From Vulcanimicrobiota bacterium (lineage in GTDB: Bacteria > Vulcanimicrobiota > Xenobia > Xenobiales > JADMJV01): a stretch of 64,000 nucleotides of DNA. Position 1 is the stretch's first letter; the number at the start of each line of letters is the position of its first letter. The notes beneath the pieces are model-generated. The model saw only the letters and a list, made by a program, of their open reading frames with translations. It was not told the DNA's origin and did not search any database. This document shows, piece by piece, positions 1 to 10,174 of this stretch. The DNA lies in contig JBFWNU010000002.1 of assembly GCA_050250895.1 (NCBI GenBank), positions 192,001 to 256,000 of the forward strand, in the 5' to 3' direction. The position numbers were made by a program, and so were the translations under genes.

Positions 1-698
1 CTGCCGTTCGAGGCCAGATCGGGTGGGGCGGCCAGTTGGAGCGGATCGCCGTTGGCCGCCAGGCCAGTCGATTGGTAAGCCCCCTCCACCACCCGAATGA
101 CGCCGGTCGGAGAAACCAGCACCGTCATCGGATCACCCGCGGCGCTGGCCTGGAAGAAGCCTGAGGGACCCGGGCTGGCCGTGAGCGAGTTGACCACCAA
201 CAAGGCCACCTCGCCGTTGATGGTCGGCAAACCGTTGCTCACCATCGACCCGTCGGGACCGAAAATCAAGCTGTATTCCGGGCTGTCCCCCAGCCACACG
301 GAGGGTACCAGGCTATCCGTGGCGGTAAGGTTCTTGGCCTGGCTTGGAGCCATCGGCACGGCGCTCGGCCAGGTGCCGACGAAAACGGCCGAGTCGAACT
401 CTCGCTCAAGCCGATGGACCCGGGTCGTGTGGCCCGCCTCGATGCCCTCTTTGACCACGTAGGAGCCAGAGGTCGGGATGGTCTGGCCTTCGTTAGGAAA
501 GCCGATCGAGACAAACTGATTCTTGGATTGGGCCAGGGCCCGGGCCGACCGCAAATCGGAGGCCAGAATCTGAGCCATACCGCGGGAACCCTGACGGGCT
601 AGCGTCTGGCGAAAGCTGAGGAGGCCGACTCCCACCAGCAGGCCCACCACGGCCAGGGCTACCATTGTCTCTGCCAGGGTGAATGCTCTCTTGCCCAC
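1..698 (-). CDS. Prepilin-type N-terminal cleavage/methylation domain protein (3' end runs off the window)
   Basis: Not in the ORF track. Manual translation from GTG at 698 gives VGKRAFTLAETMVALAVVGLLVGVGLLSF (class III signal: basic leader, F+1, E+5, hydrophobic helix). AGGAG RBS at about 708-712. Confidence 0.8.
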   Translation of the reverse strand, partial: MGKRAFTLAETMVALAVVGLLVGVGLLSFRQTLARQGSRGMAQILASDLRSARALAQSKNQFVSIGFPNEGQTIPTSGSYVVKEGIEAGHTTRVHRLEREFDSAVFVGTWPSAVPMAPSQAKNLTATDSLVPSVWLGDSPEYSLIFGPDGSMVSNGLPTINGEVALLVVNSLTASPGPSGFFQASAAGDPMTVLVSPTGVIRVVEGAYQSTGLAANGDPLQLAAPPDLASNG

Positions 699-783
699 GT
701 CCGACCCCTCCTCTTAGTTCAGAGTTGGTCAAAGAGGCGCTCAAGTCCTTTCGAACGAGCATCTCGAGGAAAGGAGCGGCTGG

Positions 784-2322
784 TCAGGCGAGCGGTAAGG
801 TTACCTGAAACATCGCTCCGCCGCCAACCCGGTTGGTTGCAATGACGCTGCCACCCTGGTCCTCGACCAGACGCAGGATGATGGCCAGACCCAGACCGAT
901 GCCACCGCTCTCGGGCCGGGTGGTGAAAAACGGGTCGAAAACTCGTCCCATGGCCTCGGGAGGAATGCCCGGTCCGTTGTCCGCCACCGTAAAGATGGCC
1001 CTGCCGCCGGAAGAGGTGACCGACCACTCGACCTTCGGCTCGTCGGCTCCTTTGACGGCTTGCAAAGCGTTGGTCAGCAAGTTCAGAAAGATCTGAATCG
1101 ACTGCTCCATGTCGGCCCGGACCATCAATTCGGGAGCGCCCGGCTCGGTCACCAGGGTCACCTTCTGAGAACGGAATTCAGCTCCGACCAGGTCACGCAC
1201 GCGGGCAAACATGCCGGCTACGGATACATCGGATAAGGTCGTTTTGTCGCCGCCCCGGGCCGCCCGTAACAGATCTTTGATGAGGCGCTCGCAGCGCTTG
1301 GCCTGTTGAAAAATGATGTCGTGGTCGCCGGGCTCGCCCTCGCCGGTGCGGCCCATGTCGGCCAGATTGATGATGGCGTCGAGAGGGTTGCGCAACTCGT
1401 GGGCCAACCCGGCCACCAGCGTGCCCAGCGCGGCCAGTTTTTCACCGTGGAGCAGTTTGGTGAAGACCTCAGCCCGCTCCACCGCCGAGGCGGCCAGATC
1501 GGCCATGATGGTGGCAAGTTCCAGGTCGGCCCGCTTGAAGTGGCCCGACTTCGAGCTGCTGTCGAGATAGATCAAGCCCATGTTGCGGCCCCGGGCCCGC
1601 ATCGGGATACACAGGATAGAGATCGTCTCGAGGGTGCGCAGGCTGTCTGAGCTGCTCAGCATATGGTCGCCCTCGACATCGATCGACAACAACGGTAGCC
1701 CCTTTTCCAAGACCTCTTCGACCACCATCAGACTAAACTCCAGGCCGCGGTGGCTGCGGGCGGAGGTGCCCATTCTTACCACCACCTCGGGGACGCTCCC
1801 GCCCCGGTCGAGCAGCACCAGCCCGCGGTCGGCCCGCAGGGTCTCCATCAAGACCTCGATCACGGTGCGCAGGGTGCGCTCGTATTCGTGACTGGCGTTG
1901 AGACTGTAGCTGACGCGAGCCAGCAGGGCCAGCCGCTCGAGCTCGGGATCGGAGAGGCTACGCAGTGGTCCCTTGGCCAACTCGCGCTGCTGCTGGGTGT
2001 TGAGCCTGGCCACGAAGTGCTCGAGATGCTCGGCATCGCTGGGCGAGGCGAACTTAGAGAACTCATAGCCGGCGTGGTGCATGTTGGGACCCAGCGACTT
2101 GGACCAGCGCAACTCGGCCTGGACGCGCACCTGCCCCTCGGGCAGGTGGAGGTCGAAGCTGCCTCGTTCGGCCGGAGGCTCGTAGGCGGTGGCGCCGAAA
2201 CCAGTGGAACTGAGGTCGACCACGAAGATGGGCTTGGAGGCGAAACTGCCTCCGATCACGGTCCGGTTACGGAAGGCCCTCCGCCGCTCGAGTTCTTTTT
2301 CGACCAAAGACACGACTTGCAT
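784..2322 (-). CDS. Sensor histidine kinase, PilZ-like + GAF + HisKA + HATPase
   Basis: RRAFR and DLSSTG PilZ motifs; GAF (ILCIPM..GLIYLD); H-box AHELRNPL; N-box NLLTNA; DNGPG; GIGLGL. Confidence 0.9.
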   Translation of the reverse strand: MQVVSLVEKELERRRAFRNRTVIGGSFASKPIFVVDLSSTGFGATAYEPPAERGSFDLHLPEGQVRVQAELRWSKSLGPNMHHAGYEFSKFASPSDAEHLEHFVARLNTQQQRELAKGPLRSLSDPELERLALLARVSYSLNASHEYERTLRTVIEVLMETLRADRGLVLLDRGGSVPEVVVRMGTSARSHRGLEFSLMVVEEVLEKGLPLLSIDVEGDHMLSSSDSLRTLETISILCIPMRARGRNMGLIYLDSSSKSGHFKRADLELATIMADLAASAVERAEVFTKLLHGEKLAALGTLVAGLAHELRNPLDAIINLADMGRTGEGEPGDHDIIFQQAKRCERLIKDLLRAARGGDKTTLSDVSVAGMFARVRDLVGAEFRSQKVTLVTEPGAPELMVRADMEQSIQIFLNLLTNALQAVKGADEPKVEWSVTSSGGRAIFTVADNGPGIPPEAMGRVFDPFFTTRPESGGIGLGLAIILRLVEDQGGSVIATNRVGGGAMFQVTLPLA

Positions 2323-2398
2323 GCGTTACACCCTGGACGAGCCTTGTCCTCCAAGGATCGTTCAGAGAACTTTGAGGCCTCACCCCTAGACTCACAGG

Positions 2399-2920
2399 GT
2401 GAGGATCCGCCCCGCCATCCATACCCCCCGGCCGCGCCGTCAACCCCCCGTCCCGGCGCCGTTCGATCGCTTGACGAAGACGTCGCACGTGGTCGAAGGA
2501 GTGGCTGACGGGGTCAATCGGGCGGCGGGAATGGCGGGTCTGGGCCTGGCCGGACTGTTCGTCGGAGGACTGCTCTCGGGCTCTCTGCTCTCGGCCATGG
2601 GAGCCACTTCGGCCACCGCTTCTTTGCCGGTGGCTATCGTCACCGGCACCGCCGTCATTGGCACCGCCGTGGGGGCGGGTCTACTGGGCCTGAAGGTGGG
2701 GAGTTTTGTCAGTGACAAAGCCGGCGCCCTGGCCGGACTGGCCAGCCAGAAGTTGGGCTTCGAGTCTCACTGGGGGCGCACCCTGGCCAAGACCGCTCTG
2801 GCTACCGGTGTCATGGTCGCTGGCGGAGAACTCATCTTGCGCGGCTCAGCCGTGGCTGGCGCGGTGCTGTTGGCCGGGGCGGCCGGTCAATGGGCCTGGC
2901 ACAAAATCAGCGCCAGTTGA
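2399..2920 (+). CDS. Hypothetical Gly/Ala-rich membrane protein
   Basis: 173-aa ORF with a Pro/Arg-rich N-terminus and several Gly-rich hydrophobic helices; -10 TAGACT 6 nt before the GTG. Confidence 0.65.
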   Translation: MRIRPAIHTPRPRRQPPVPAPFDRLTKTSHVVEGVADGVNRAAGMAGLGLAGLFVGGLLSGSLLSAMGATSATASLPVAIVTGTAVIGTAVGAGLLGLKVGSFVSDKAGALAGLASQKLGFESHWGRTLAKTALATGVMVAGGELILRGSAVAGAVLLAGAAGQWAWHKISAS

Positions 2921-4082
2921 AGAACTCGGCCATCTCGCGATAGACGGCCGAGTCGTTGGGCAAGTTCCCGTGTTGTTTGTAACCTTTGCCGGGGAGCACG
3001 TCGACCTCGACGCCGGGCATGGCCAGGCTGTTCGACTCGACCATGCCGTCTCCACCCACAAAAGACGAGCGGCCCATCGAAGGAGTCCACAGTCCGTCCG
3101 AGCCCACGATCTTGACCCCCTCGGTCCGGGCTAGCTGATCTGTCCAGGTCCGGTTCAACTCTTGTAGGCGCGGATTGTTGGCCTCGGAAGCCATCCAGCG
3201 CATGGCGGGCAAATGAGCGGCGTTGAGTTCGGCCAGGTTCATTGCCCACGACACATCCTTCTCGATGAGCCGGGTGGCCAGTTCGGCAAAGCGCGTTCCG
3301 TGGTTGCCGGTGCCCAGGATCATCAGTCGTCCCATCCGCTCGCCGCCTTGCTCGAGATAGACGCGGCTGGCCAGGCCTCCCAGGCTGTAGCCCAGGGTGT
3401 CGATCCGGTCGGAACCGGTGGCCCTGGCCACCACCTCGAGAGCCTCGCCGATCTGCGGCGCCGACTGGTCGGGAGTGTCCAGGACATCGTCGAATACGAC
3501 CACGAACACCCGGGCTCCGGCCTCGACCTGGGTGGGCTGGGTGCAGTCCTTGTCACTAAAGACCTGGCCGTGGCGCACGTAGTAGGCCTGCCCGCCGTTT
3601 CTTCCACCCTCGGTGAGCCGGGCCACCAGGTGGTCGAACTTTTCGGCTTTGGTGGTCCAACCGGGCACGATCATCACGGGCCGGTCGATGGTCACCAGCG
3701 GAACGTCCTGCAAGGGGTCGGCGGTCTGCATCAGCTGCTTGGCCGCGCTGGCTCCGTCGGCATAGAACTTGCCCGCCAGCATCAGGTGCGACAGGCTCGA
3801 GACGGTGTCGACATAGTCCCCCACGGTCTCCATCACCGACAGGCTGGGAGTGGCGGGAACCAGAAACTGGTTGGCTCCTATCAGCACCGAGAGGCCGCCC
3901 AGAGCCATCAAAGTGCCCCAGGCGGTTTTTTGCCCGCCGGCTCGCAACTGCTCGGCCGCAATCGTCGGCTTGGGACCGAGTTCGACCGTCTCGACCGGCT
4001 CGTTCGACTCCTCGGTTGGCGGCGCCGCCCGCCGGGGCAAAGCCCGGACGGGGTCGCATTGTGGCGTGAAACAGACCCTCAC
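2907..4082 (-). CDS. Alpha/beta hydrolase (lipase/PGAP1-like)
   Basis: IVPGW oxyanion loop, GYSLG nucleophile elbow, GTGNHGT, GDGMV, C-terminal His. Start placed at GTG 4082, 6 nt behind TGnCACAAT. Confidence 0.8.
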   Translation of the reverse strand: MRVCFTPQCDPVRALPRRAAPPTEESNEPVETVELGPKPTIAAEQLRAGGQKTAWGTLMALGGLSVLIGANQFLVPATPSLSVMETVGDYVDTVSSLSHLMLAGKFYADGASAAKQLMQTADPLQDVPLVTIDRPVMIVPGWTTKAEKFDHLVARLTEGGRNGGQAYYVRHGQVFSDKDCTQPTQVEAGARVFVVVFDDVLDTPDQSAPQIGEALEVVARATGSDRIDTLGYSLGGLASRVYLEQGGERMGRLMILGTGNHGTRFAELATRLIEKDVSWAMNLAELNAAHLPAMRWMASEANNPRLQELNRTWTDQLARTEGVKIVGSDGLWTPSMGRSSFVGGDGMVESNSLAMPGVEVDVLPGKGYKQHGNLPNDSAVYREMAEFFNWR

Positions 4083-4486
4083 CCCTTGATTGTGCCACCC
4101 GGGGCCGAAAGAATCCTGAAGAGGGTCAGCGGGTTCTTGTGGACCGTGCATTGGGCCAGGGAAGCATACGGGGACAGGGCCACGGCCAGGCCCAGCGACA
4201 GGGCTAGTCCCAGTCGCTTGAATCCTGAGGGGACGAAGGTGGGTTGGCTGAGTTCCACCCGTTCCGCGGGGCGGCCGGTTCCTGGGTCAGGACAGGGGCG
4301 GCTCGGCGAACGAGCGGGGCCGGGGCGAGGCGAAGGTTGGTGTTGATCATGAGACAAGCCTATCCCACCAGCCTTGGACAGGCCTTGACCGGTCTGTTTC
4401 ACCCCCCCCATGTCACCCGCCGGTCCGACTCCCGAATCAGCCGTAGGCAGGATGTCTGCTTTGGATTCATGTGCTACACTCGGGGG

Positions 4487-4912
4487 GTGAGGGGACATCG
4501 TGGGTTCAATTTAGCTGAAGTCGCTTTTGCGGTGGCGCTGATCGCGCTCACCATGATTTTACTCATCGGGCTGATGTTGACCGCCCATAACGGCAGTGCC
4601 TCGAACCACGAGGCGGCCGTGGCTGCCTCCCTGGCCGAGGCTCATCTCGACGAACTCAAACGCGGTGACTTCAACACCCTGGTCGGGCTGATCGGGGTCG
4701 GTGAGGTGGTCACCATCGAGACCGACGGGCGTCCCCATACTCTGACCACGCAGGTCGAACGGCTGGGTTCGACCCCGGGCACCCCTGACTATCAGGTGCT
4801 CAACCTGACCTGTGTGGTGACCTGGGAGAGCCGCAGCGTCGATCCCGAGAGCAAGCAACGACAGGCACGATTCCAACTGCAGACTCAGGCCGCTGCGGTG
4901 GCTCGCTACTGA
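4487..4912 (+). CDS. Minor pilin-like protein (PilV-like)
   Basis: VRGHRG/FNLAEVAFAVALIALTMILL prepilin motif; extended -10 TGnTACACT 6 nt upstream. Confidence 0.8.
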   Translation: MRGHRGFNLAEVAFAVALIALTMILLIGLMLTAHNGSASNHEAAVAASLAEAHLDELKRGDFNTLVGLIGVGEVVTIETDGRPHTLTTQVERLGSTPGTPDYQVLNLTCVVTWESRSVDPESKQRQARFQLQTQAAAVARY

Positions 4913-4921
4913 GGAGGAGCT

Positions 4922-6778
4922 ATGAAGAGAAAACGCGGTAGCGTGCTGATCATGACACTGGTGCTCATCGCGCTGGTGGCTATGTATACCACCGCAATGG
5001 TGGCCACCAATCAGCGTCTGTTCGGCATGAGCCGGCGCAGCGAGGATCTCACGGCCGCCCTTTCTCTGGGGCAGGGCGGGCTCAACCGGTTGATCCAGCA
5101 GTTGACCTTCGACTCCAACTTCAGTTCCGACCTGACCTACGGCGATGCTCAGACTGGCTACCAGATCACGTTCAACCCGGGCTCGCCCACGCGCTCGGTC
5201 AATAATTTGAACAACGCCTCGGCTTCGGTTGCTACCAACTACCGGGGGCAAACGGTGCCTGCCTACACGGCCGATGTCATCGTGGTAGCCCAGTCGAGCG
5301 GAGTAACGCGACGGCTGCGGTACGTATTGACCAGAGGCCTGGCTTATCGTGGTGCCATGGGTGCCAATGGCAAGATCGAGTTCGGAGCCGATGCCACCCT
5401 CAGAAGCTATACCAGTCTCACCGACCATACCCCGGTGGCCTGCCAGTTTCACGCCAACGACTCCAACAATACCGGGATGGGCGTGCTCTGGGCCGGCCCG
5501 CCCAGCACCTTCAGCATCGGCAATCAGTGCGAACTGACCTCGGCCAGTGGTCTGGATGGGGCCATCGAGGCCGCCAATCCCGGCAAGACGCAGTCGAACG
5601 TGCCCAAGGTTCCCATCCCTCAGGTCGATGTGGCCACCATGGTGTCTATGGCCAGCAGTTCACCACCACCCACCACCATTGCCACGGGTGGCATTTACTG
5701 CGATACCCAGACTTATCTAGCCGGCGACCAGACGATTGACGGCGATATCAACCTGCAGAACGGCAGCCTTTTCGTCGACGGCGACCTGACCATCAACGGA
5801 GGCCTGTTGGGCTTTGGCTCGGTCTATGTGACTGGCGATATCCACATCGTCGGCGGCAACGCCACCGTCATCACCAATCAGCCCAACGGCGCGGCCGTAT
5901 TGGCAGGTGGAGACATCCTGTTCGAGGGCGCCGACGCCAGCGGCTATCTCGAGACTCTGGCCGCCCTCCACCCGGCCACCATCGGCGTGACCTGGAGTCA
6001 GGCCAAGAACGTGGTGAACTTGCTCGACCAGATCACTCTTCAGTCGCCGGCCAGCTATGCCCGGCCTGGCGGCTTTTCCGGGTTGGTGGGAAGCGTCGAC
6101 ACCTGGCTCACCGTACCGGCCTTTACGGCCTTTCCCCAGCTCGTCGACGTGTGGTGGGTCAAGTATCGTCTGGGCAACGCCACCGCCCTGGGCGGCAACA
6201 CCGAAGCCATGCGCATTCCCAATCCTGATGGAACCTTTGCCGTCTGGAACGACGCGGCCATGCTGCGCCAGGTACGCGATGCGGTCGAGGCGCTGCCCAC
6301 CTACAGCAGCGACTCCCGGGCCCAGCAAGTGACCCACGCGCTCGACCAGATGGGTTACTTCTATCGACACAGCTGGAACGGAGCCTGGCATGAAGGCAGC
6401 ATGGGCGATCCTTACTTCAACCTCGACCACCAACTGTGGACGGTGCGGGGAATGACCGATCCGAGTGGCTCCCCCTACACCGGCTTCTGGTATAGCGGCG
6501 ATCCCATCGTCGACCAGGCCAAGACCAACACCTACGTGCAGGACTATCTCGAGCTGAACCCCAGCCTGCCCGCTCTGGGCCGCGCCTACTTCCAGGGCGT
6601 GCTCTACGCCAACGGGTCGGTCAGCCTGGCTAACGACGCGGCCGTGATCGGCTCGATCGTCTCAGGGGGCGATCTGACCATCGCGGGCGAGGCCAACTTT
6701 ATCTACAACCGAGAGTACGACGCCCTCACCAACAGCCTTGTCGGCCCCGTCAAGGTGGCGAGTTTCAACGAGTTATGA
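4922..6778 (+). CDS. PilX-like pilus assembly/tip protein
   Basis: MKRKRG/SVLIMTLVLIAL PilX-type N-terminus lacking E+5; GDLTI/GDIHI beta-repeats; FQGVLYANG; GAGGAGG RBS. Confidence 0.75.
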   Translation: MKRKRGSVLIMTLVLIALVAMYTTAMVATNQRLFGMSRRSEDLTAALSLGQGGLNRLIQQLTFDSNFSSDLTYGDAQTGYQITFNPGSPTRSVNNLNNASASVATNYRGQTVPAYTADVIVVAQSSGVTRRLRYVLTRGLAYRGAMGANGKIEFGADATLRSYTSLTDHTPVACQFHANDSNNTGMGVLWAGPPSTFSIGNQCELTSASGLDGAIEAANPGKTQSNVPKVPIPQVDVATMVSMASSSPPPTTIATGGIYCDTQTYLAGDQTIDGDINLQNGSLFVDGDLTINGGLLGFGSVYVTGDIHIVGGNATVITNQPNGAAVLAGGDILFEGADASGYLETLAALHPATIGVTWSQAKNVVNLLDQITLQSPASYARPGGFSGLVGSVDTWLTVPAFTAFPQLVDVWWVKYRLGNATALGGNTEAMRIPNPDGTFAVWNDAAMLRQVRDAVEALPTYSSDSRAQQVTHALDQMGYFYRHSWNGAWHEGSMGDPYFNLDHQLWTVRGMTDPSGSPYTGFWYSGDPIVDQAKTNTYVQDYLELNPSLPALGRAYFQGVLYANGSVSLANDAAVIGSIVSGGDLTIAGEANFIYNREYDALTNSLVGPVKVASFNEL

Positions 6779-7398
6779 GGCGCCGAGCGTTTAGCCTGTT
6801 GGAGGTTTTGGTGGCCATGGGTATCTTTGCCCTGGTGACCACGCTGCTGGTCGGCCTCATCACCATGAGCGGAAACTGGATTCGCCGCACTAATGCCCGC
6901 CAGGACTCCCAGCAGGATCTCCTGGTGGCGGCCAACCAGATCGCAAGATCCCTGGCTCAAGCACCGGCGAGCAGTGTGCTCCTTCAATATCCCTCGGGAA
7001 CGCCAGCCACCGGCGATCTGATTCTGTCGTTTCAAACGGCCCAGGACGCCACGGGTGCTTACTTCGAAGACCCCAATACCTTCGAACCGAGCTATCAGGG
7101 TTACACGGTCATTTACTGGGATGCTGGCAGTCGTCGCCTGCTGCAAGCCTTTCTACCCCAGCCTCCCACCACCACCATCGCCCCGGCCAATCCGGCCGCG
7201 GTGCTCGCCGCCCGCAACCCGGCCAGTGACCGGGCCCTGGCCAGTGAGGTCGACCGTTTTACGGCTCTCGATCCCAGCGACGATTCGCCGACGGCCCTGG
7301 TAACGAATCCCTTCCGCTTCCGCCTGGAAGTGGGTCAGGCCAAGCGCGACCAGGTGGTGTCGCTCGAGGCCGTCCGCAACGTCAGGCTCTATCGCTAG
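6775..7398 (+). CDS. Prepilin-type protein (PilW-like)
   Basis: MRRRA/FSLLEVLVAMGIFAL; ATGA overlap with the upstream gene. Confidence 0.85.
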   Translation: MRRRAFSLLEVLVAMGIFALVTTLLVGLITMSGNWIRRTNARQDSQQDLLVAANQIARSLAQAPASSVLLQYPSGTPATGDLILSFQTAQDATGAYFEDPNTFEPSYQGYTVIYWDAGSRRLLQAFLPQPPTTTIAPANPAAVLAARNPASDRALASEVDRFTALDPSDDSPTALVTNPFRFRLEVGQAKRDQVVSLEAVRNVRLYR

Positions 7399-7500
7399 AA
7401 AGGCCCCGACCGGGGCCGATAAAAGTCATCCACGGAGATTCCCCCGGGTCAAGGCCTTTCCAAGGCGGACTGGCTATGCTCGAGTCAGGAGGTCCCACCC

Positions 7501-7785
7501 ATGGATGAACTTCGCGCCAATCTCTATCACGTCGCCCGTTGTTTGTGTTCGACCGACTTCGACCAGGAGGCCCTTTCGGTCAGCGTCGAGGCCGACCAGC
7601 TAGCCCACGAACTACTCGCGAGCGAATCCTGTCCTAGCACTCTCGAGACCTTGACCTGGGCACGCGAGTTGCTGGTGGAAGGCCAGCAATTGGTATTCGA
7701 GGCCCTGGCTGATAACGGCTGCGGAACTCAGGCCCGTTGTGTCCTCCAGGAAGCCGCCTGGTTACTCTTGGCCGCCCTGCTTTGA
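7501..7785 (+). CDS. Small helical hypothetical protein
   Basis: 94-aa ORF with AGGAGG RBS. Confidence 0.55.
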   Translation: MDELRANLYHVARCLCSTDFDQEALSVSVEADQLAHELLASESCPSTLETLTWARELLVEGQQLVFEALADNGCGTQARCVLQEAAWLLLAALL

Positions 7786-7864
7786 TGGACTGTCTGTGTT
7801 AACAGTTTTACGATGAGAAGGACCTCGGCGAGTCCTGACAAACCCTCCGGTATCGGGAGGTTAT

Positions 7865-9415
7865 ATGCATCCATTCTTTCATCATTTTCGTCTGCTGTTG
7901 GCGTCGTTGCTTTGTTTGGCCGTGGTGGCCTGCAATGACTCCGACAGCGATATCAACTTCTCTTCGGGCACTAACGGTGGAGGTCAACCAGCCCAACAGA
8001 ACGCTGTCTTCCGAGGCCGCGTCACGGGGACCGTCATCGTGGGCATCGACCAGATTGGTAACCTGTTTTCGGTCGAGGCCGACAACGCTGGCAACTTCGC
8101 CCTGACGCTGCCGGCTCCGGGCACCTATCGTCTCTATCTCATCGAGCAGTTTTCCACGGCTCCGCTGGTGGTCAACGGCAGCAACGTGTTCGTGGTCGGC
8201 CAGCCTGTGGACTTTGACCTGGGCAACGTCACCATCGTCAATGGGGTGGCCGTGTCGAGTAATTCCATTCTGACCGCCGCTGGCGTCACCGACGGTGGCA
8301 CCAACACGGCATTCCCAGCCGCGCTTACCAACCCGCCCACGGCAGGTCTGTCCCTCGACCAGATCTTTGACCTCGGTTTTCTGGCCCTCAAGAACGGCGG
8401 GTTCTTGCTGGCCCGAGGCTACTTCAAGGCGGCCGCCGACCTGACCGCCGGCCAGACCGGCAACGATGCCGACACGGCCAACTTCTTTTACGGCCTGACG
8501 CAACTGGCCGCCTTGCTCGATAACATCCAGAGCGACGGCACCGACAACGGTCTCAACAATCTTGGTGACATCCTCGATGCGGCCGGCTACGACCCGTTGC
8601 GGCGCCCTAACCTCGGCGCTCTGATCCGGCCTGTGCCGTTTGCCAACACCACGCCCAACGGCGAGGCTTTGCGCCAGTATCTGGCCGGACCGGCCCGGAT
8701 GGAGTTCGAATCGGCCATCGCCAGTCTCGAGAAGGTCAGCCCGAGCTTCCAGCGCAGCTGGGAACTCTTTGATGTGGCCGATCTCTTCCCCGGTCCTCCC
8801 GTGACCACGGTCGAGAGCGACTACGGAGACGTGCTGGCCTTGTTGAGTCTGGCCAAGCAGGAATTGGCCTTCGTTCTTATCGTCAGTTCCTACGACCTGA
8901 GCGGCGATGTGGGGTTTGTCCTCAACAATCCTCAGTTGGTGACCCTCCAGGCGCTGGCCACCGGCAATCCCAACTTGCTCAACCACGTCACCGGCGCCAA
9001 TCTCACCCCGGTCGGCCAACAACTCGACTCGGCCTATGACCTGCTGGGTCAGGCCATCGCCTTTATGCAGAACGAAGCCGACGACCAGACCAACGACTTC
9101 ATCAACCTGCGGGGCTTGACGGCCATGCAACTACAACCGTTCCTGCAGCAACTGGCCGGCGCCCGTCAGGCGCTGGTCAACCCGATTGCGCTCAACCAAC
9201 CCGACATGTCGATGGGCACCCTGACGGCCTCGAATTTCTTCGACGCCAATGGGCTCAATCTGCATCAATTCTTCCCGACCTTCGCGGGCGATCAGGTCAC
9301 CAGCCTGTTCGCTGGCACACCTTTCGGCGACGTCTACAATGGCTATGGTGGAGGCACTCTGGCCGATCCCAACCACGACACCAATATGAACATGGTTCCC
9401 GACATTCTCGAGTAG
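7865..9415 (+). CDS. Secreted lipoprotein of unknown function
   Basis: Lipobox LAVVAC followed by a Ser/Gly linker; GGAGG RBS; terminator downstream. Confidence 0.75.
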   Translation: MHPFFHHFRLLLASLLCLAVVACNDSDSDINFSSGTNGGGQPAQQNAVFRGRVTGTVIVGIDQIGNLFSVEADNAGNFALTLPAPGTYRLYLIEQFSTAPLVVNGSNVFVVGQPVDFDLGNVTIVNGVAVSSNSILTAAGVTDGGTNTAFPAALTNPPTAGLSLDQIFDLGFLALKNGGFLLARGYFKAAADLTAGQTGNDADTANFFYGLTQLAALLDNIQSDGTDNGLNNLGDILDAAGYDPLRRPNLGALIRPVPFANTTPNGEALRQYLAGPARMEFESAIASLEKVSPSFQRSWELFDVADLFPGPPVTTVESDYGDVLALLSLAKQELAFVLIVSSYDLSGDVGFVLNNPQLVTLQALATGNPNLLNHVTGANLTPVGQQLDSAYDLLGQAIAFMQNEADDQTNDFINLRGLTAMQLQPFLQQLAGARQALVNPIALNQPDMSMGTLTASNFFDANGLNLHQFFPTFAGDQVTSLFAGTPFGDVYNGYGGGTLADPNHDTNMNMVPDILE

Positions 9416-9434
9416 CCTTTCTCGTTGGGAAAAT

Positions 9435-9465
9435 GGCCCGCTACCGCGAGGTGGCGGGCCTTTTT
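9435..9465 (+). terminator. Rho-independent terminator
   Basis: GGCCCGCTACC-GCGA-GGTGGCGGGCC hairpin followed by TTTTT. Confidence 0.85.
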
Positions 9466-9576
9466 GCATCCGTTTTGCAAACCCGGCTTCGAAGCGCTCA
9501 CTTAGGTCAAAAAGAGTTACAAACCCTCAACAATAGATCGGGCCTTCTGGCGACCTGGATGATCAGGAGGTATGTG

Positions 9577-10131
9577 ATGAAGAAGACTCTGCTAGTAACC
9601 CTGATTACCCTGCTGGCTTTCGCCGGCCTGTTTGTTGAACGATACTATCAAAGCCGCGAATTCGTCGTGATCGGAGAAGTCAGTCAACCCACCGTGTTGT
9701 GGCTCGAGAAATCGGGCTGTGACCTCGTGCGAGCAGACAACCAGCTACTGGTTCGCGTCCACGACCGCGAGAAGACCCTCCAGGGACTTCGCTATGCTCT
9801 GGAATACAACCAGCTCAACCGCTCGCTCCATCATTTTACTATGGGTATGTTCATCGAAGGCATGGGACCCGAGTCCGACCCCCATTACAAGGCCGTCGAG
9901 ATCGGTCCCGACGGCCGGGCCGTGGTGGTGGAGCGAACCCGAGAGGTTCGATGGGTCTACGACCCTACCAGCGCGATGGCTCACAAGTCAGGGAACTACG
10001 CGGGTTATCGGCGCGACCTCGCTCCCATCCCCGAGGGCATCGGCCCCGACGAGGCCGAAGCCAGAATGATCATCGGATGGATGCGCCAGCTGAGCGACCA
10101 GGAGTTGCTGTTCTCAGAATTTGTCTTGTAG
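9577..10131 (+). CDS. Hypothetical membrane-anchored protein
   Basis: AGGAGG RBS; MKKTLLVTLITLLAFAGLF N-terminal anchor. Confidence 0.65.
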   Translation: MKKTLLVTLITLLAFAGLFVERYYQSREFVVIGEVSQPTVLWLEKSGCDLVRADNQLLVRVHDREKTLQGLRYALEYNQLNRSLHHFTMGMFIEGMGPESDPHYKAVEIGPDGRAVVVERTREVRWVYDPTSAMAHKSGNYAGYRRDLAPIPEGIGPDEAEARMIIGWMRQLSDQELLFSEFVL

Positions 10132-10174
10132 CGGACCGCGCGCCCGCCCACTTCGTGGGGGGCGGGCCGCCTGT

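Noticed and set aside
10142-10167. GC hairpin between convergent genes as an ncRNA or REP
   Set aside because: Single copy; most simply a terminator-like stem without a U-tract.
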